Notes under the pieces: model-generated | Told to the model about the DNA's origin: nothing | Databases searched by the model: none | Seen by the model: the letters and a program-made list of their open reading frames with translations, nothing else | Shown: one piece after another, positions 13,913-27,151 of the stretch | How positions within the stretch are numbered: the first letter of the stretch is position 1 | Layout of the letters: each line of letters starts with the position of its first letter | Position numbers and translations under genes: made by a program | Assembly (NCBI RefSeq): GCF_006345805.1 | Contig: NC_043002.1 | Location: 79,732,001-79,796,000, forward strand | DNA: 64,000 nt | DNA from: Octopus sinensis | Lineage: Eukaryota | Direction of reading: 5' to 3'

Positions 13913-14411
13913 TATATATATATATATAATATATATATATATGTATGCATGTATGTATGTATGTATATATATATATATGTATGTATGTATGTGGTATACT
14001 TGATGTGTGTGCCTGGTATCACAGCGAAATACACAGTTACGTCTGCGCAATCTGTGCAAATAGAAGTGAATGAAATTCACCGGCTGGTTGTAAAAGACGT
14101 TTTTGAATAAAGTCATTCTATGTACAGATGTATAAAATACAGTTCTTTACAACTGCCCGGAGTATTTAAATGTAGTCTAATTCGCGCATGTAATGTTGGC
14201 AGCAAATTATAGATTTATTCTATGTTATAAAGTACTTTCAGCCATCAAAACAAGTTACTGCTCCAACAACCTATTGAATACATGTACATATGCATAGATA
14301 TCTATACATGTACACATACACACATGTATATATGTGTATATATATATGTATGCATGTATGTGTGCGTGTTTGTGTGTATATATATATATATTATATATAT
14401 ATATATATATA

Positions 14412-14463
<52 letters not shown>

Positions 14464-15442
14464 ATATAATATATATATTATATATTATATATATATTATA
14501 TATTATATATATATGTATGTATATATATACATATATATACTCGTGTGTACATGTACGACACATACATAAACACACACAGACAAACACAAACATACACACA
14601 CGCACTAACACACACACATATAAGTATGTATGTATGTACATTTAAGTTAATGAATATATGTATATATATGTGTGTATATATATGTATATATATGTGTGTG
14701 TGTGTATAGGAACGCATGTTCGACAAGAAGCCATTTTGCACACGAACATATGTACACACTCATGCATATAGAATATACGTATATATATTTGTATTTTTGC
14801 AAGTGTGTGTACGTGAGCAGGTGTGTATGTGTGTGTGTGTTTCATGTGTGTTTAATGCACGATTAACTCGCTGATGAATCAAGCGAGAGTTAATTGAATC
14901 CGAGGACCGAGGAAAAAATTAGAAATAAAAATGCAAATTTTCTGTATGCTTATGTAAAGAGTTTCTGTCCATAACATTTAATCACACCTGAATGGTATTT
15001 TCTGAATTCTGTTTGGAAGCAAAGTAGACACGAAAAAATATACATTCAATTCATTGGGGGTCAGAAAATGTCGAGGATTACTCTATTATCTTTCTGACAT
15101 TCTCGGGCAGGATAAAAAATTGACAAGGTAAATACAGTTTTCACTCACAGACATACGCACACACATACATACATGCGTCGTACACCCCCCACACACCCAC
15201 ATACACACATGCATACACGCACACATATATACACTGACCTGCCCATATAGCCAGCTGGCTGCCATCAGTCGAAAGCAAGCACAACACAATGCAATGAAGC
15301 GCACTGTGAGAAGCGCTGTATAACATCTTCAGATATTCTTTTCGATGCAGTGATAGAGTGATACATATATATATATATATTTGTAAAAAATGAAGTTCGA
15401 AAATGCTGCTATATTATACAATTTTTAATTTTTATATATACA

Positions 15443-15486
15443 TTATAACATGTTTCAGTTCCTGAAATGAACCTTATCAAAAAAAG
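15443..15486 (-). ncRNA. Degenerate hammerhead ribozyme, U3-A8 core variant
   Basis: Minus: UUGAUAA-GGUUC..GAACU-GAAA-CAUG-UU. Homologous to 40638-40684; weak stem I and a poor GUU triplet. Confidence 0.4.
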
Positions 15487-15915
15487 TTATATATAAAAAA
15501 AGACAGCTCATGCCGTCAAACACAAGAAATTCATTTATAATACACAACGGAGTCAGACATCTTAGAGTTCATGTATAGTTGATATATAGTTTGAAGTAAG
15601 TTCATTCATGCTATATGTTCAAAGTGTTCGATGCAGTGGCCCACGGTGGCGATACGTATTCAATATAAAAAACAGATCAAAGTGGTGGAAAGCAGTCAAT
15701 ACAGAGGATTGATGTTTCCGAAAGAGCGAGGAATTCATTTTTACCTTAAGCAATTGTGATGACCCATGGTGGATGTTCGCTGGGTGGTTCTAGTGCGTCT
15801 TGTGAAGTGCTCGGTTTTATGATGCCTGTTAGGTGGTCAGTCCAGCGCAGCGTGACGTCATCAATGTTTTGACCAATCGTTTCGTTAGGTGGCTTTAGTC
15901 ACAACCACTCCTACG

Positions 15916-16007
<92 letters not shown>

Positions 16008-16037
16008 GTATAAGGGTGAAAAGGAACACACGAGTTG

Positions 16038-16461
16038 ATATATATGAAAAAACAAGTCAAAAATAGAAAATGCTAAAATAATTTTATAGTGAACATTTCA
16101 GTACCGGTTTCGGTCAGTTTGAGACCTTTTCAACTGTAACGATTAAATAATTAAATTTAGAAAATTAGAAGAAAAGTTTTTTAAAGGAATATTTCTATAG
16201 TAGTGTTCAGATATAAGTAGCATTCTGCCTTTCTCTGACTCCCTTGTTTGCACTTGTGTGTTGGAGGTCGTCAGAGAAAGGCAGAATGCTACTTATATCT
16301 GAACACTACTATAGAAATATTCCTTTAAAAAAACTTTTCTTCTAATTTTTCTAAATTTAATTATTTAATCGTTACAGTTGAAAAGGTCTCAAAATGACCG
16401 AAACCGGTACTGAAATGTTCACTATAAAATTATTTTAGCATTTTCTATTTTTGACTTGTTT

Positions 16462-16471
<10 letters not shown>
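16038..16471. repeat. ~200-bp near-perfect inverted repeat (fold-back) with a 30-nt spacer
   Basis: Arms 16038-16239 and 16270-16471; about one substitution plus homopolymer differences. Confidence 0.95.
16375..16412 (+). ncRNA. Minimal type I hammerhead ribozyme, U3-A8 variant (mirror copy in the left arm, minus strand)
   Basis: CAG-UUGAAAA-GGUC(ucaaaau)GACC-GAAA-CCGG-UA-CUG: stem I CAG/CUG, stem II GGUC/GACC, palindromic ACCGGU stem III. Confidence 0.55.
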
Positions 16472-16512
<41 letters not shown>

Positions 16513-16516
<4 letters not shown>

Positions 16517-17118
16517 AGGTTGGCCAAAAGTCACCTGACAGTAAATCAAATCGATTTAATTCCAAGATTTATTTATGTTGATCACCTAATGAATCTAATG
16601 AAAGCATTTAATATAAAACATCATGAAAATTTTTCAAACTGAAGTCTTTCGTGCGCGACACATTTTTACATTCGAGTCAAGACAGAATTACAGATTGTAT
16701 TCATGGAACTTTGATTAACTTTTGCCAAACCTATGTTGATCCAAATGCCATTTTTTACCGCATTAAATATTCAGAAACTGGTGGAAATATTAATTACCCG
16801 GCCCGCTATGGGAAAGCAGTGTATTGTAATCATTCGTCTTTGTCTGTCTGTGTGTTTGCAAAATAACTGTAAAACGGCTGAACAGATTTTCACCACATTT
16901 GGTAGAATTACTCATCGGGTGCGAGGCTCAGAATGACGAACATTTGGCTTGATTCTCTTTAAAAGAAAAAAATCCGACTTCACAAATTTCCCGATAAGTA
17001 TGTCGAAATATTTTAAAGTTGACTTTCTTTTTCATATGCATCTACCCTCGTCTGCGCGTGTGTAGATCATGGCGTACCTATACGCGTAAACATGTGTGTG
17101 CACATACATGCATACAAA

Positions 17119-17121
<3 letters not shown>
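16513..17121 (+). repeat. Copy 1 of a ~610-bp direct duplication (composite of DNA-transposon-like fragments)
   Basis: Nearly identical to 17892-18511. Begins with the Tc1-like end tacaaggttggccaaaagtcacc and contains a HINE/Helentron-like attacccggccc..gtctgtctgt segment. Confidence 0.9.
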
Positions 17122-17152
<31 letters not shown>

Positions 17153-17155
<3 letters not shown>

Positions 17156-17527
17156 GAGGCGCAATGGCCCAGTGGATAGGGCAGCGGACTCGCGGTCATA
17201 GGATTGCGGTTTCGATTCCCAGACCGGGCGTTGTAAGTGTTTATTGAGCGAAAACACCCAAAAGCTCCATGTGCTCCGGCAAGGGATGGTGGTGATCCCT
17301 GCTGTACTCTTTCACCACAACTTTCTCTCACTCTTACTTCTTGTTTCTGTTGTACCTGTATTTCAAGGGGCCGGCCTTGTCACTCTCTGAATATCCCCTA
17401 GAACTACGTTAAGGGTGCACGTGTCTGTGGAGTGCTCAGCCACTTACACGTTAATTTCACGAGCAGGCTGTTCCGTTGATACGGATCAACCGGAACCCTC
17501 ATCGTCGTAACCGACGGAGTGCTTCCC
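17153..17527 (+). mobile_element. tRNA-derived SINE family C carrying the family-D-type 3' tail
   Basis: Head ggaggcgcaatggcccagtgg..ggtttcgattccc. The 3' half matches the reverse complement of 8733-8910. Confidence 0.85.
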
Positions 17528-17585
17528 ATATATATATATTTATACACACACACATCTATCTATCTATATATATACATACGTATAT

Positions 17586-17750
17586 ACGACGGGCTTCTTT
17601 CAGTTTCCGTCTAACAAATCCACACACAAGGTTTTGGTCGGCCCGAGGCTACAGTAGAAGACTCTTGCCCAAGGTGCCACGCAGTGGGTCTGTACTCGGA
17701 ACCATGCGGTTGGTAAGCAAGCTACTTACCACACAACCACTCCTACGCCT
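17586..17750 (-). mobile_element. SINE family A, 5' half
   Basis: ggcttctttcagtttccgtct...accactcctacgcc. Confidence 0.8.
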
Positions 17751-17827
17751 ATATACATATAATATATATATATATATGTATGTATGTATATATGTATATA
17801 TATATATATATATATTTATATGTATAT

Positions 17828-17891
<64 letters not shown>

Positions 17892-17893
<2 letters not shown>

Positions 17894-18511
17894 CAAGGTT
17901 GGCCAAAAGTCACCTGACAGTAAATCAAATCGATTTAATTCCAAGATTTATTTATGTTGATCACCTAATGAATCTAATGAAAGCATCTAATTATAAAACA
18001 TCATGAAAATTTTTCAAACTGAAGTCTTTCGTGCGCGACACATTTTTACATTCGAGTCAAGACAGAATTACAGATTGTATTCATGGAACTTTGATTAACT
18101 GTAGGCTGACTTTTGCCCAAACCTATGTTGATAAATGCCAATTTTTACCACATTAAATATTCAGCAACCGGTGGAAATATTAATTACCCGGCCCGCTATG
18201 GGAAAGCAGTGTATTGTAATCATTCGTCTTTGTCTGTCTGTGTGTTTGCAAAATAACTGTAAAACGGCTGAACAGATTTTCACCACATTTGGTAGAATTA
18301 CTCATCGGGTGCGAGGCTCAGAATGACGAACATTTGGCTTGATTCTCTTTAAAAGAAAAAAATCCGACTTCACAAATTTCCCGATAAGTATGTCGAAATA
18401 TTTTAAAGTTGACTTTCTTTTTCATATGCATCTACCCTCGTCTGCGTGTGTGTAGATCATGGCGTACCTATACGCGTAAACATGTGTGTGCACATACATG
18501 CATACAAAATA
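17892..18511 (+). repeat. Copy 2 of the ~610-bp direct duplication
   Basis: Matches 16513-17121 with an extra gtaggctgact and a few substitutions. Confidence 0.9.
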
Positions 18512-18559
18512 CATACATACATATTTAGAAATCTGCAGTTACTCAAACCAGATACATAC

Positions 18560-18995
18560 ATTCATAATGTTGAGAACTCTGCAGTTATTCTACCCAGATT
18601 ACAAGTTCAGGTTAATATCTGTAATTATCGAGGCCCTGGGGTATGTAACGCACTGCATAAATACCAATCTTGAGAAATTAGGCTTCTCAAAACCAGAAAA
18701 GAGAAAGCTAATTCGAAGACTACAGATCCATTCCATTGCGGGAAACTGGAACTGTAAAAAGTTGTAAAACTTTCCAGAAGTTTATCATTTTAATATATAT
18801 ATATATGAGCATGTCTAGATATGCAACTATATGCATGCAAATACATACCTAAAACATACAAATCTGCACATACATACATACATACATACATACCTGCAAA
18901 CAAAAATACCCTGTTGTTGATGTTGAAATTCCAGTGAAAGAAACTTGGATCTAGATTAGAAATGGTTCTTTCTCTATTGGCAAGAAATCTTTTAA
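18560..18995 (+). mobile_element. 3' end of an R4/Dong-like (RLE-type) non-LTR retrotransposon
   Basis: YPDYKFRLISVIIEALGYVTHCINTNLEKLGFSKPEKRKLIRRLQIHSI resembles the RLE C-terminal IIGALG motif, followed by a 3' UTR with a (CATA)n tract. Confidence 0.6.
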
Positions 18996-19033
18996 TGAAT
19001 TGAATAATGACATACATAGACATGCGATTGTGA

Positions 19034-19092
<59 letters not shown>

Positions 19093-19839
19093 TTTGTGTG
19101 TGTGTGTGTGTGCATGTGTGCGTGTATAGTGATGGATTAGAGGGTTTCGTTTATTCACGAACTGATTTCTTAATTTCACCGGATTTTAACCACTCCCCCG
19201 AAAAAAAAAAATTCAGTTAATTTGAAAAGCATGGGTAAGCAACGCGTTGTAAACCACACAATAATTTGCGAAAAAGTTTATGTGCGTGCAAGGCATGCAT
19301 CGCCCCCTCGATGCCCTTTTTTTTATATAGTTCTTATATAGTTCTTATATAGCCAAAAGGCTTAAGATTCTTGATGTTAAGGTCCACGTCAAGTCTGGTG
19401 GCAAAAAATCCACTACAAAATTCGTTTCATTTCTGTCAACAGATTCATCTTTTCATTGTGTCATTGTGTATCTACCACTACATTATCCGTAAAACTCTTT
19501 CAGAATGTAAGATGTAATTTGAAGAAATGTTGATCCTGAATCTTGCAGCCATTCGTCGTCATTGGCTCGTTAAGCTCCAGGTTTGTCACGGCGAAAAATA
19601 ATATTACCTGACATTGATTAGTGTTTTGAATGGAATGAATTATCACTTAAAAGGATGTGAACGCAAATCAAGAACTGATTTCGCCGACGGCTGATCTTTT
19701 GTTTTTCGATTCTTCACATGATACTAATTGAATATTATATATATAGTTGAATATATATATATATTGGTTTGTTTTTGATTGGAAATACGTTTTCAGTATT
19801 GTTTTCAAATCTTTGCACGAGGCCAACAAAGTTCGAGCA

Positions 19840-20300
19840 AGGGGTGAGTCGATTAAATTGAGCTTAGTGATCAACTGGTAGTCATTTTATCGACTCCGAA
19901 AGGACAAAAGCCAGACTCGACCTCGGCGGAATTTAAACTATGCGTAAAAACAGACGAAATGTCGTTAACAATTTTGGCCGGTGTGCCAACGAACGACTCT
20001 GCCAGCTTGCCGCCACATGTCCTATTTCAGACTCTGGCACAAAGCCGGCAAGTTCGGGAGAGAGGGAGAGAATGACACAAAAAGACAGAGAGAGAGAGAG
20101 AGAGAGAGAGAGTAAGAGAGAGAGACAGAGACAGCAACAGAGACAGCGAAAGTCGATTACAATTGAGAAGTCGACCCTTGTCAATTAGTTCTTATTTTAT
20201 TGCCCCGAAATGATGAAAACCATAGTCATCCTTGGTGGAATCTCAGCTCAGAATATAAAGAAATGCTCGGCATGTGCTAACAATTCTGCTAACTCACCGC
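19840..20300 (-). mobile_element. Two degenerate SINE family B copies separated by (GA)n
   Basis: ctcgacctcggcggaattt, gccagcttgccgcc and aagtcgacc motifs. Confidence 0.65.
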
Positions 20301-20434
20301 CACATGTCTCATATATTCACATACAAAATAAATTGCATATGGTTATAATCTTGCTTTTCACAACGGCATTAATATATAAACCCATTGACCTTGCAACAAA
20401 GGATCAAAACCTGATTGTTATTTTGACTAGTAAC

Positions 20435-20480
<46 letters not shown>

Positions 20481-21454
20481 CATTAATTATATCTGATAGC
20501 TGAACTCCTTACACTTATAAGTAGGTAACAAAATTAATGCCTTCATGCATTCATGCCCTTACCATCAGATTTAGCAGACATTGTGTATAGAGTCGTTTTA
20601 GTTTCAACCATGCTGAAACCAACCCATACATCTGATTCTTCGGGGTTCTTAGACGTTAACAATTGAGGTTGTAAAACCATTAAAAACCTAACTACGATTA
20701 AATATGCAGTGGCGAAAAAACAACAACATAGTATTGTTTAATGACAAATAAGCTCACCACTTTTCTGTCAAATAAGGTAAAACACTCCTTAATGTTTCGG
20801 TCTTATTCTGTCCCTATCAGCAGAGGAGATTTTTCAGCGTACTTACTAAAGTAGTAGTGAAAGAATAACAATTTAAGTATTGTATCTGAGAGCGTATGTT
20901 TATTGACATGATAAAATGTTCATTATACAGCATATGAAAAAATATTATATACAAGAGGAAAAAATAATAACAAGTAGACAAAAACAATAGCTGTAGCAAA
21001 AAACTAAACAAAAACGTCTTAGTAAAAACAAGACAAAATGACGATGGAGAAGATGAGAGAAGAAAATGAAAACAAGAGAAAAACATAAAGATCTTGGGTG
21101 AAAGATTGTGTGTACGAAACGAACTGGAGGTTAGTGTTCACAGCTAAATTTACCAAGCTGTGGTGTTAATAACACGCGGTGTTCTGTTTATGAGATATAC
21201 AACAATTTGCTCTTTATGGTAAAGATATTCATAAAATAACTTTGATAAAAATTTTAGCATCGTTATTGCTGTTATGTTATGTTATCGTTGTTATTGTTGT
21301 TTTTATTGTAGTTGGTTTTATTGTTTATTTTACTTCTCTGTTTTATCTCTTGTTTTTTTTTGTTGTTATTCTCTTTTTTTCTTGGTCTTATTGTTCTGAG
21401 ATTTTTTTCTTTTCTTTCACGACACCTCTTGTTTCTTCTAATCTTCTCTTTCTT

Positions 21455-21468
<14 letters not shown>

Positions 21469-21509
<41 letters not shown>

Positions 21510-21510
21510 G
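21469..21510. repeat. (TAC)n trinucleotide tract
   Basis: Direct reading. Confidence 0.95.
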
Positions 21511-21514
21511 TGGC

Positions 21515-22007
21515 TGTTTCTTCTTCTTCTTCTGCTAATCAAGACTCACGCTATTAGCCACAGAGAATAATCTCTAATTCGAGCCTACTATAAGAACGTG
21601 TGTGGCAACATGACGATCCCCACCACCACCAAACGCGATAGACTGACGGTTGCACGGGTGCGAAAGCTACGTTGATAACCTCATTCCGTAAACGGTGGCT
21701 TTTAACGGGTGGAGAGCTGAACCATCTTGGGGTACAGGGGATTTGCAATCTAGACTAGGGTCTGAAAGTTCACCACACCATAGTGAATTACACCATGGTT
21801 CTTCTGCTTTGTGGCAGAAGTAGGAAGAAAGAGTGAGAGAAAATTGTGGTGAAAGAGTACAGCAGGGTTCACCCCTACCCGCCGGAAACTCGTGGAGCTT
21901 AGGTGTTTTTGCTCAATAAACACTCACAATGCCCGGTCTGGGAACCGAAACTGCGTTCTTACGACCGCGAGTTCGCTGCCCTAACCACTGGGCCATTGCA
22001 CCTCCAC
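21515..22007 (-). mobile_element. SINE family C head with a third, (AAG)n-ending LINE-like tail
   Basis: Minus head gtggaggtgcaatggcccagtgg at 22007. After ctttctctcactct the sequence continues into a tail different from those at 17153 and 40190, ending gattagcagaagaagaag. Confidence 0.6.
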
Positions 22008-22448
22008 GCAGCTGTTGCTGCGGCTTTTTGCTACTACTGCTGCTGCTGCTGCTGTTACAACTATTTCCATTGCTACCTCTTCTATTATTTTTATTTCCCA
22101 CTCCTTTTCACGATCATTTATAAGAGAGAAAGAGTGTGTGAGAGAGAGCTTGCTTCGTACAAAATTAATATCCAATAAATACAATATTTCTAAATTGGGC
22201 AAAAGACCAACGGTTTTGATGGAAGGGGCTTGTCAATACCATCTACCTTAGAACTTATCTGGTACTTTATTAATTTAGCTATCCCGAATTGTTGGAAGTC
22301 AAAAGTGATCACGGTGAGATTCGAACTCAAAATGTCAAGAACCGGAATAAATGTCACACAGAATTTTGTCCGCCGATGTAAGCTTCCTGCTGATAAAACA
22401 CCAATAACTTAAATAAGAACGAGATGACAATTACAGGAACTATACCAA

Positions 22449-23010
22449 GGCGGCGAGCTGTCAGCAACGTAAGTACGCCGGGCGAAATGCTTTGTGGTGT
22501 TTCGTCTGCCGTTACGTTCTGAGTTCAAATTCCGCCGAGGTCGACTTTGCCTTTCATCCTTTCGGGGGCGATTAATTAAGTACCAGTTACGCACTGAGGT
22601 CGATATAAACGACTTAATCCGTCTGTCTGTCCTTGTTTGTCCTCTCTGTGTTTAGCCCCTTGTGGGTAGTAAAGAAATAGGTATTTCGTCTGTCTTTACG
22701 TGCTGAGTTCAAATTCCGCCGAGGTTGACTTTGCCTTTCATCCTTTCGGGGTCGATTAAATAGCAGTTCAAGGAAAGAAATCGATAGAGTAAGTTTTAGG
22801 CGAGCTTGCAGAAACGTTAGCACGCCAGGCGAAATGCTTAGCGGTATTTCCTTTGCTGTTACGTTCTGAGTTCAAATTCCGCCGAGGTCGAATTTGCCTT
22901 TTATCCTTTCGGGGTCGATAAATTAAGTACTAGTTGTGTACTGGGGTCGATCCAATCAACTGGTACACTCCTTCAAAATTCCGGGCTTTGTGCCTAAAGT
23001 AAAAGAGATT
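22449..23010 (+). mobile_element. Cluster of three SINE family B copies (one full, two partial)
   Basis: Three occurrences of tgagttcaaattccgccgaggt..tttgccttt.atcctttcggggtcgat. Confidence 0.9.
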
Positions 23011-23302
23011 ATTTAAATACATCGGAATTTGTAGTATGCTGGTTAATGCACCTTGCATTTTATTTCAGTTCTGAGTTTAATACTTAATTGTTAAAATAAT
23101 AACACTTGACCTCAGTTTAAACAAAATATTTCTAAAGACCTGACATTCTAGCAATGGTTTCAAAATGAACTATATGTTCATTAAATACTTTCCGGTGTAT
23201 AACGCACTCAATACAGCAATAGGTGTCTGATTAGCTCTCATTGCGCTCTGAACTCAAATACCGCTGTTTCATGTTAGATTTCCATTGTGTTTCGTTGTAT
23301 AT

Positions 23303-23430
23303 ACAGAGTGTTCAAAAGGTCTCTCCGCAGTACGCATTTAATGGTTTTCGGGCGATTCTTGTATACTGATCCTTGACTTGCTCCCCAGAAAAAAAGCCTG
23401 GCGGTGTTAAATCAGATGATTTGTGCTCCC
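23303..23430 (-). mobile_element. 3' terminal remnant of a Tc1/mariner element
   Basis: Minus SSDLTPPGFFSGEQVKDQY resembles SPDLTPxDFFLWGYVKDQVY; end TA-cagagtg is TIR-like. Confidence 0.45.
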
Positions 23431-23707
23431 CTTCAAAATACGTTGTTTTGGGGCAAATATTCAAATTCATACTTCTATTCGTAAAAATACAATTGCTAAT
23501 CCGTTGTTCACTTTGTTGTTTAGCTGGACTTATTTTCAATTGAGCAGAGCTGATATTGAAAAAATTCCCACTACTATTAATCGAAACCTCATGATTACAA
23601 GAATACAACAACAAAAACAAAAAAATATGTAATTGTTCCACCTGACTTGCCTCGACACTGCCCTTCCTCTGTTTACATAATTCTGTGAGATACTATATAT
23701 ATATATA

Positions 23708-23826
23708 TCACGTGATCACGTGACCGACCAGTTCATCAGATGTAGTTACACATCGCTGGTCACAATACGTTCGCATTGTTTTAGCCTTCGAATGACGCCA
23801 CCCCGCTGGCTAAGCGGGCAGGCCAA
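23708..23826 (-). mobile_element. Isolated SINE/LINE 3' tail (same tail as 40380-40495)
   Basis: Reverse complement ggcctgcccgcttagccagcggggtggcgtc...gtcacgtgatcacgtga. Confidence 0.8.
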
Positions 23827-23854
23827 TATATATATATATATATATATATTCAAA

Positions 23855-24058
23855 ATGTGACCGCGTGTGTACCGTTGGCGATTTTTTTCCTCCGTCTTCC
23901 CTTCTCTGGATCTTTCCTTTTCCTATGTTTCTGACGAAGAGCTCCGCTCGAAACGTAAAACCCTCCTTCTTCCCATCCTTCTCGAGCGTCCAATAATACT
24001 ATATTTGTTCCACGTCCTCGCGTTGTTGTGTTTTCTCTTTGTGTTTTCATGTTTGGAT

Positions 24059-24063
<5 letters not shown>
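23855..24063 (+). mobile_element. Penelope-like element 3' terminal fragment with hammerhead
   Basis: Contains the HHR at 23927-23961, is flanked by (TA)n on both sides, and its tail recurs at 11399 and 11761. Confidence 0.65.
23927..23961 (+). ncRNA. Minimal type I hammerhead ribozyme (PLE type)
   Basis: GUUU-CUGACGA-a-GAGC(ucc)GCUC-GAAA-CG-UA-AAAC: canonical core, palindromic ACGU stem III, predicted cleavage after GUA (23957). Confidence 0.7.
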
Positions 24064-24129
<66 letters not shown>

Positions 24130-25888
24130 TATATATTATATATATATATATAAGCGTTGTAGTCTTATTTAGCTCACTGTAATTTAGAAGATGGATAAAA
24201 AAGAGAATAAATACTAGACTTGTAATAAATATTTGGCGTAATTTAGGCAACGAAAATCGTCGAGGCGGTAGCCACAATCCAATAACCTAAAAGGCTGAAA
24301 GAAAAGGGTAAGATAATATATGAGACACTACCAAATTTGTGTTTTTGTAAGTGAAGCGTTTCCCAGAAATATTTTCCATCAACCACATTATATTGACAAC
24401 CTCTTACTTAATGGCAAATCAGTTTTAGAGAGTTTTTGAAAACTACGCACAAAGGTACAGAGTTTTCTCTGACCTGCACAGGAAGATAATTTAGTAAAGC
24501 GTGAACTTATCTTCGATGGAGTCTGATATAACCTTATTCATCTTAATATTCATAGCACTGGCGTTATTGAGACAATTTCTCTAGTTTATTTTTCAAGATA
24601 TAATGCTCACACATACACATACAAAGATACACGTTAGAACAAAATGAGACCTTGTTTATAATATATTTATTTACATAATCCCACAATCTCATGAATATTT
24701 CATCAACGCAGGGGATTATAAGTTACTCAAAATTACATAATCATGACATGTCAAATCGTCAGAAGTTTAACGTTTATACGCAAAATTATTAGATTAAAGA
24801 AATATTGATAATATCAACACTGGTGGGGATGGCAAGCTATTTAATTATGCTAACAAAACATATGTAAGATAGTATAAAGAAAATTCTTATAAACAATCCC
24901 TCATACTTCGCTTTATTTCCTAAATGTACGCTGTGAAACATCCAAGCTCTGGACTCTTAACAACTGATGCAAATATAATAGCACGAAACAGAATTCCCAT
25001 GGAGTGTGAAACCTAAATACTGGGTATTCGTCGATGAATATATACATACATATCATAATATATATTCCTGACGTCACGTACCCTCCTTAACACTTATGTG
25101 AGCACATATTCTTGTAAATTTGGTACGACTCTACACTGTTTGTCTACTCATCCTCCTTTTCTCTTCCCTTGCCTCTGATTCGTTGGTCTACTCTTCCCCT
25201 ACCCTTCCATTTCTTTGTCTTCCTTTGCACTCACAGGTCAATCTTTGACACCCATCCCTTCTACCCTCTCTAATTCCTTCTTTCTCTCTATTCTCCCCCC
25301 TTGTTGCTTTCGTCCCTCTTCTCTCTCTCTTCCTTCCTTTGCCTCCCTTTCTTTCCTTTCTTTTCTTTTCTCTCTTATCTGTCACGTGACTGCTGGCCAA
25401 AATCTGCCTTTCGGCCTCTGACCAGCGCCGTGAAAACATCGTTGTCCTCGTTCGCCGCTAAGGCAGTTCGCCGCTAAGGCAATTTTTCCAAAATACGCCA
25501 GCCAGACCTGTTTACACTGTTATTAGTCGTAAGACTCTTGCTGTTTTTACCATTATTGCTTTTGTATTTCACGTTTTTGTATTTCATTATTGTTTTTTGT
25601 TTTTTATATTCGTGTGGCACCGTCCGTTTTGCTGTCCCTGTGTTCGTATGCATTCGATCCTTCTTCCAGGAAATCTACGCTCCTAGCTTAGTTTTTCAAA
25701 TGCTCGTTGCTTAGTTTTTCCTGGAGGGCTGGCCGGTTCTAGTAATCTCAAGATTAATCAGCCGAAATTACTACGATAATCCGGTTATTGACTGAAGACT
25801 GAGGGCTTCGAATGTCCTGTCTGTGTTTGTTGTATCGTCTTCTAAGTTTTTATGCGTTCTTGTCTCAGTTTGTATTTTTCTACATATC

Positions 25889-25937
<49 letters not shown>

Positions 25938-26000
25938 AGAATTTTGATACCATAAAAAGGACATAATTATTATGCACAAGTCAAATTTTGCAACACCACA

Positions 26001-26360
26001 TTACATAAGAAAAATGACATTACTTAAATGACAGACGTTTTCGGTTTTGCAAGCAAATGCTCTTTCCAAGACTTGCACCATCACACCCTCAATAGTTTCA
26101 GACCCCACATCTCTGATTTCTCTATTGATGTTTTCCTTCAGTTGAACCAAGGTCTCCGGTTTGTTGATGTAAACTCTCTCTTTCAAGTATCCCCACAAGA
26201 AAAAAACTGGGATAGTCAATCCTGGGGAACGTGAAGGCTAGTTGATATTGCCGTAGCGAGAAATTATTCTCTCTCTAAAGCACTACTGCAGCAAATGCAT
26301 TGTTTCTCTTGAGGTATGAGCAGCTGCCCGCATCTTGCTGGAACCATGTGTGAGGTTTAC
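26001..26360 (-). mobile_element. Decayed Tc1/mariner transposase C-terminus with DD41D-like spacing
   Basis: WFQQDGAAAHTSRETMHLLQ*CFRERIISRYGNIN*PSRSPGLTIPVFFLWGYLKERVYINKPETLVQLKENI (one frameshift). There are 41 residues between the second D and the third catalytic position (GAT changed to GTT). Confidence 0.75.
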
Positions 26361-27109
26361 TTTGAATGGCCTTACCATCTTACATATCTGAATATTTACA
26401 TCCACTTCAGTTAGCGCTATCTGAGATAGTTCGTGAAATCACGTACTATCACATATCGAGATGGAGATGGCAAGCTATTTAATTATGCTAGTTAATTATG
26501 AAGCTATTTAATTATGAAGTTAATGATTTCACGTACCGAGGTGCGTGAAATCATTAACTTCGTTGATGGGGTCTCCACTGATGTTGGTGATGCATACTTG
26601 TTCATTGTGAGCAATAAACCTGGTTATTACTGAGATTAACAAGTAGTCCAAGATCTTGTATAGCTCATACGAGACTATGAAGTAACTGGGTGGAGCTTGA
26701 TATTCTGTCAGAGAGGGAAGGCTAAATCATCACCGTAGTCTACATCTGTTAGGTGTTGAGCTGGATGTCCAATAGATCGCCTTTTCACGCGTGAAGCCGA
26801 GTATATTTAGAGTGTTAAGTCTTGTTTTGCGGATATAATCCAGAACGATCACGAACAGAGAATATACCAATGTGTCCCTTTGGAGTGCATTGGGTTTGAT
26901 ATCGAAGAAACTTGTAACTGGGTCTCGGGACCTTACCATTGATTTGGTATTGTTATAGAGCATCATAAATGCTGTTGTTGTTTCCTCCACGATACGTTAG
27001 CGCAACAGCTTTTTATATAGCATTTTATATACACACACACGCACAAACACTCATACATACAAACACATACACACGCATTTGTATATATATATATATATGT
27101 ATATATATA

Positions 27110-27151
<42 letters not shown>

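Noticed and set aside
17153-17230. tRNA genes (also 8990-9059, 40190-40265, 21930-22007)
   Set aside because: These are tRNA-derived SINE heads lacking acceptor stems and fused to SINE bodies.
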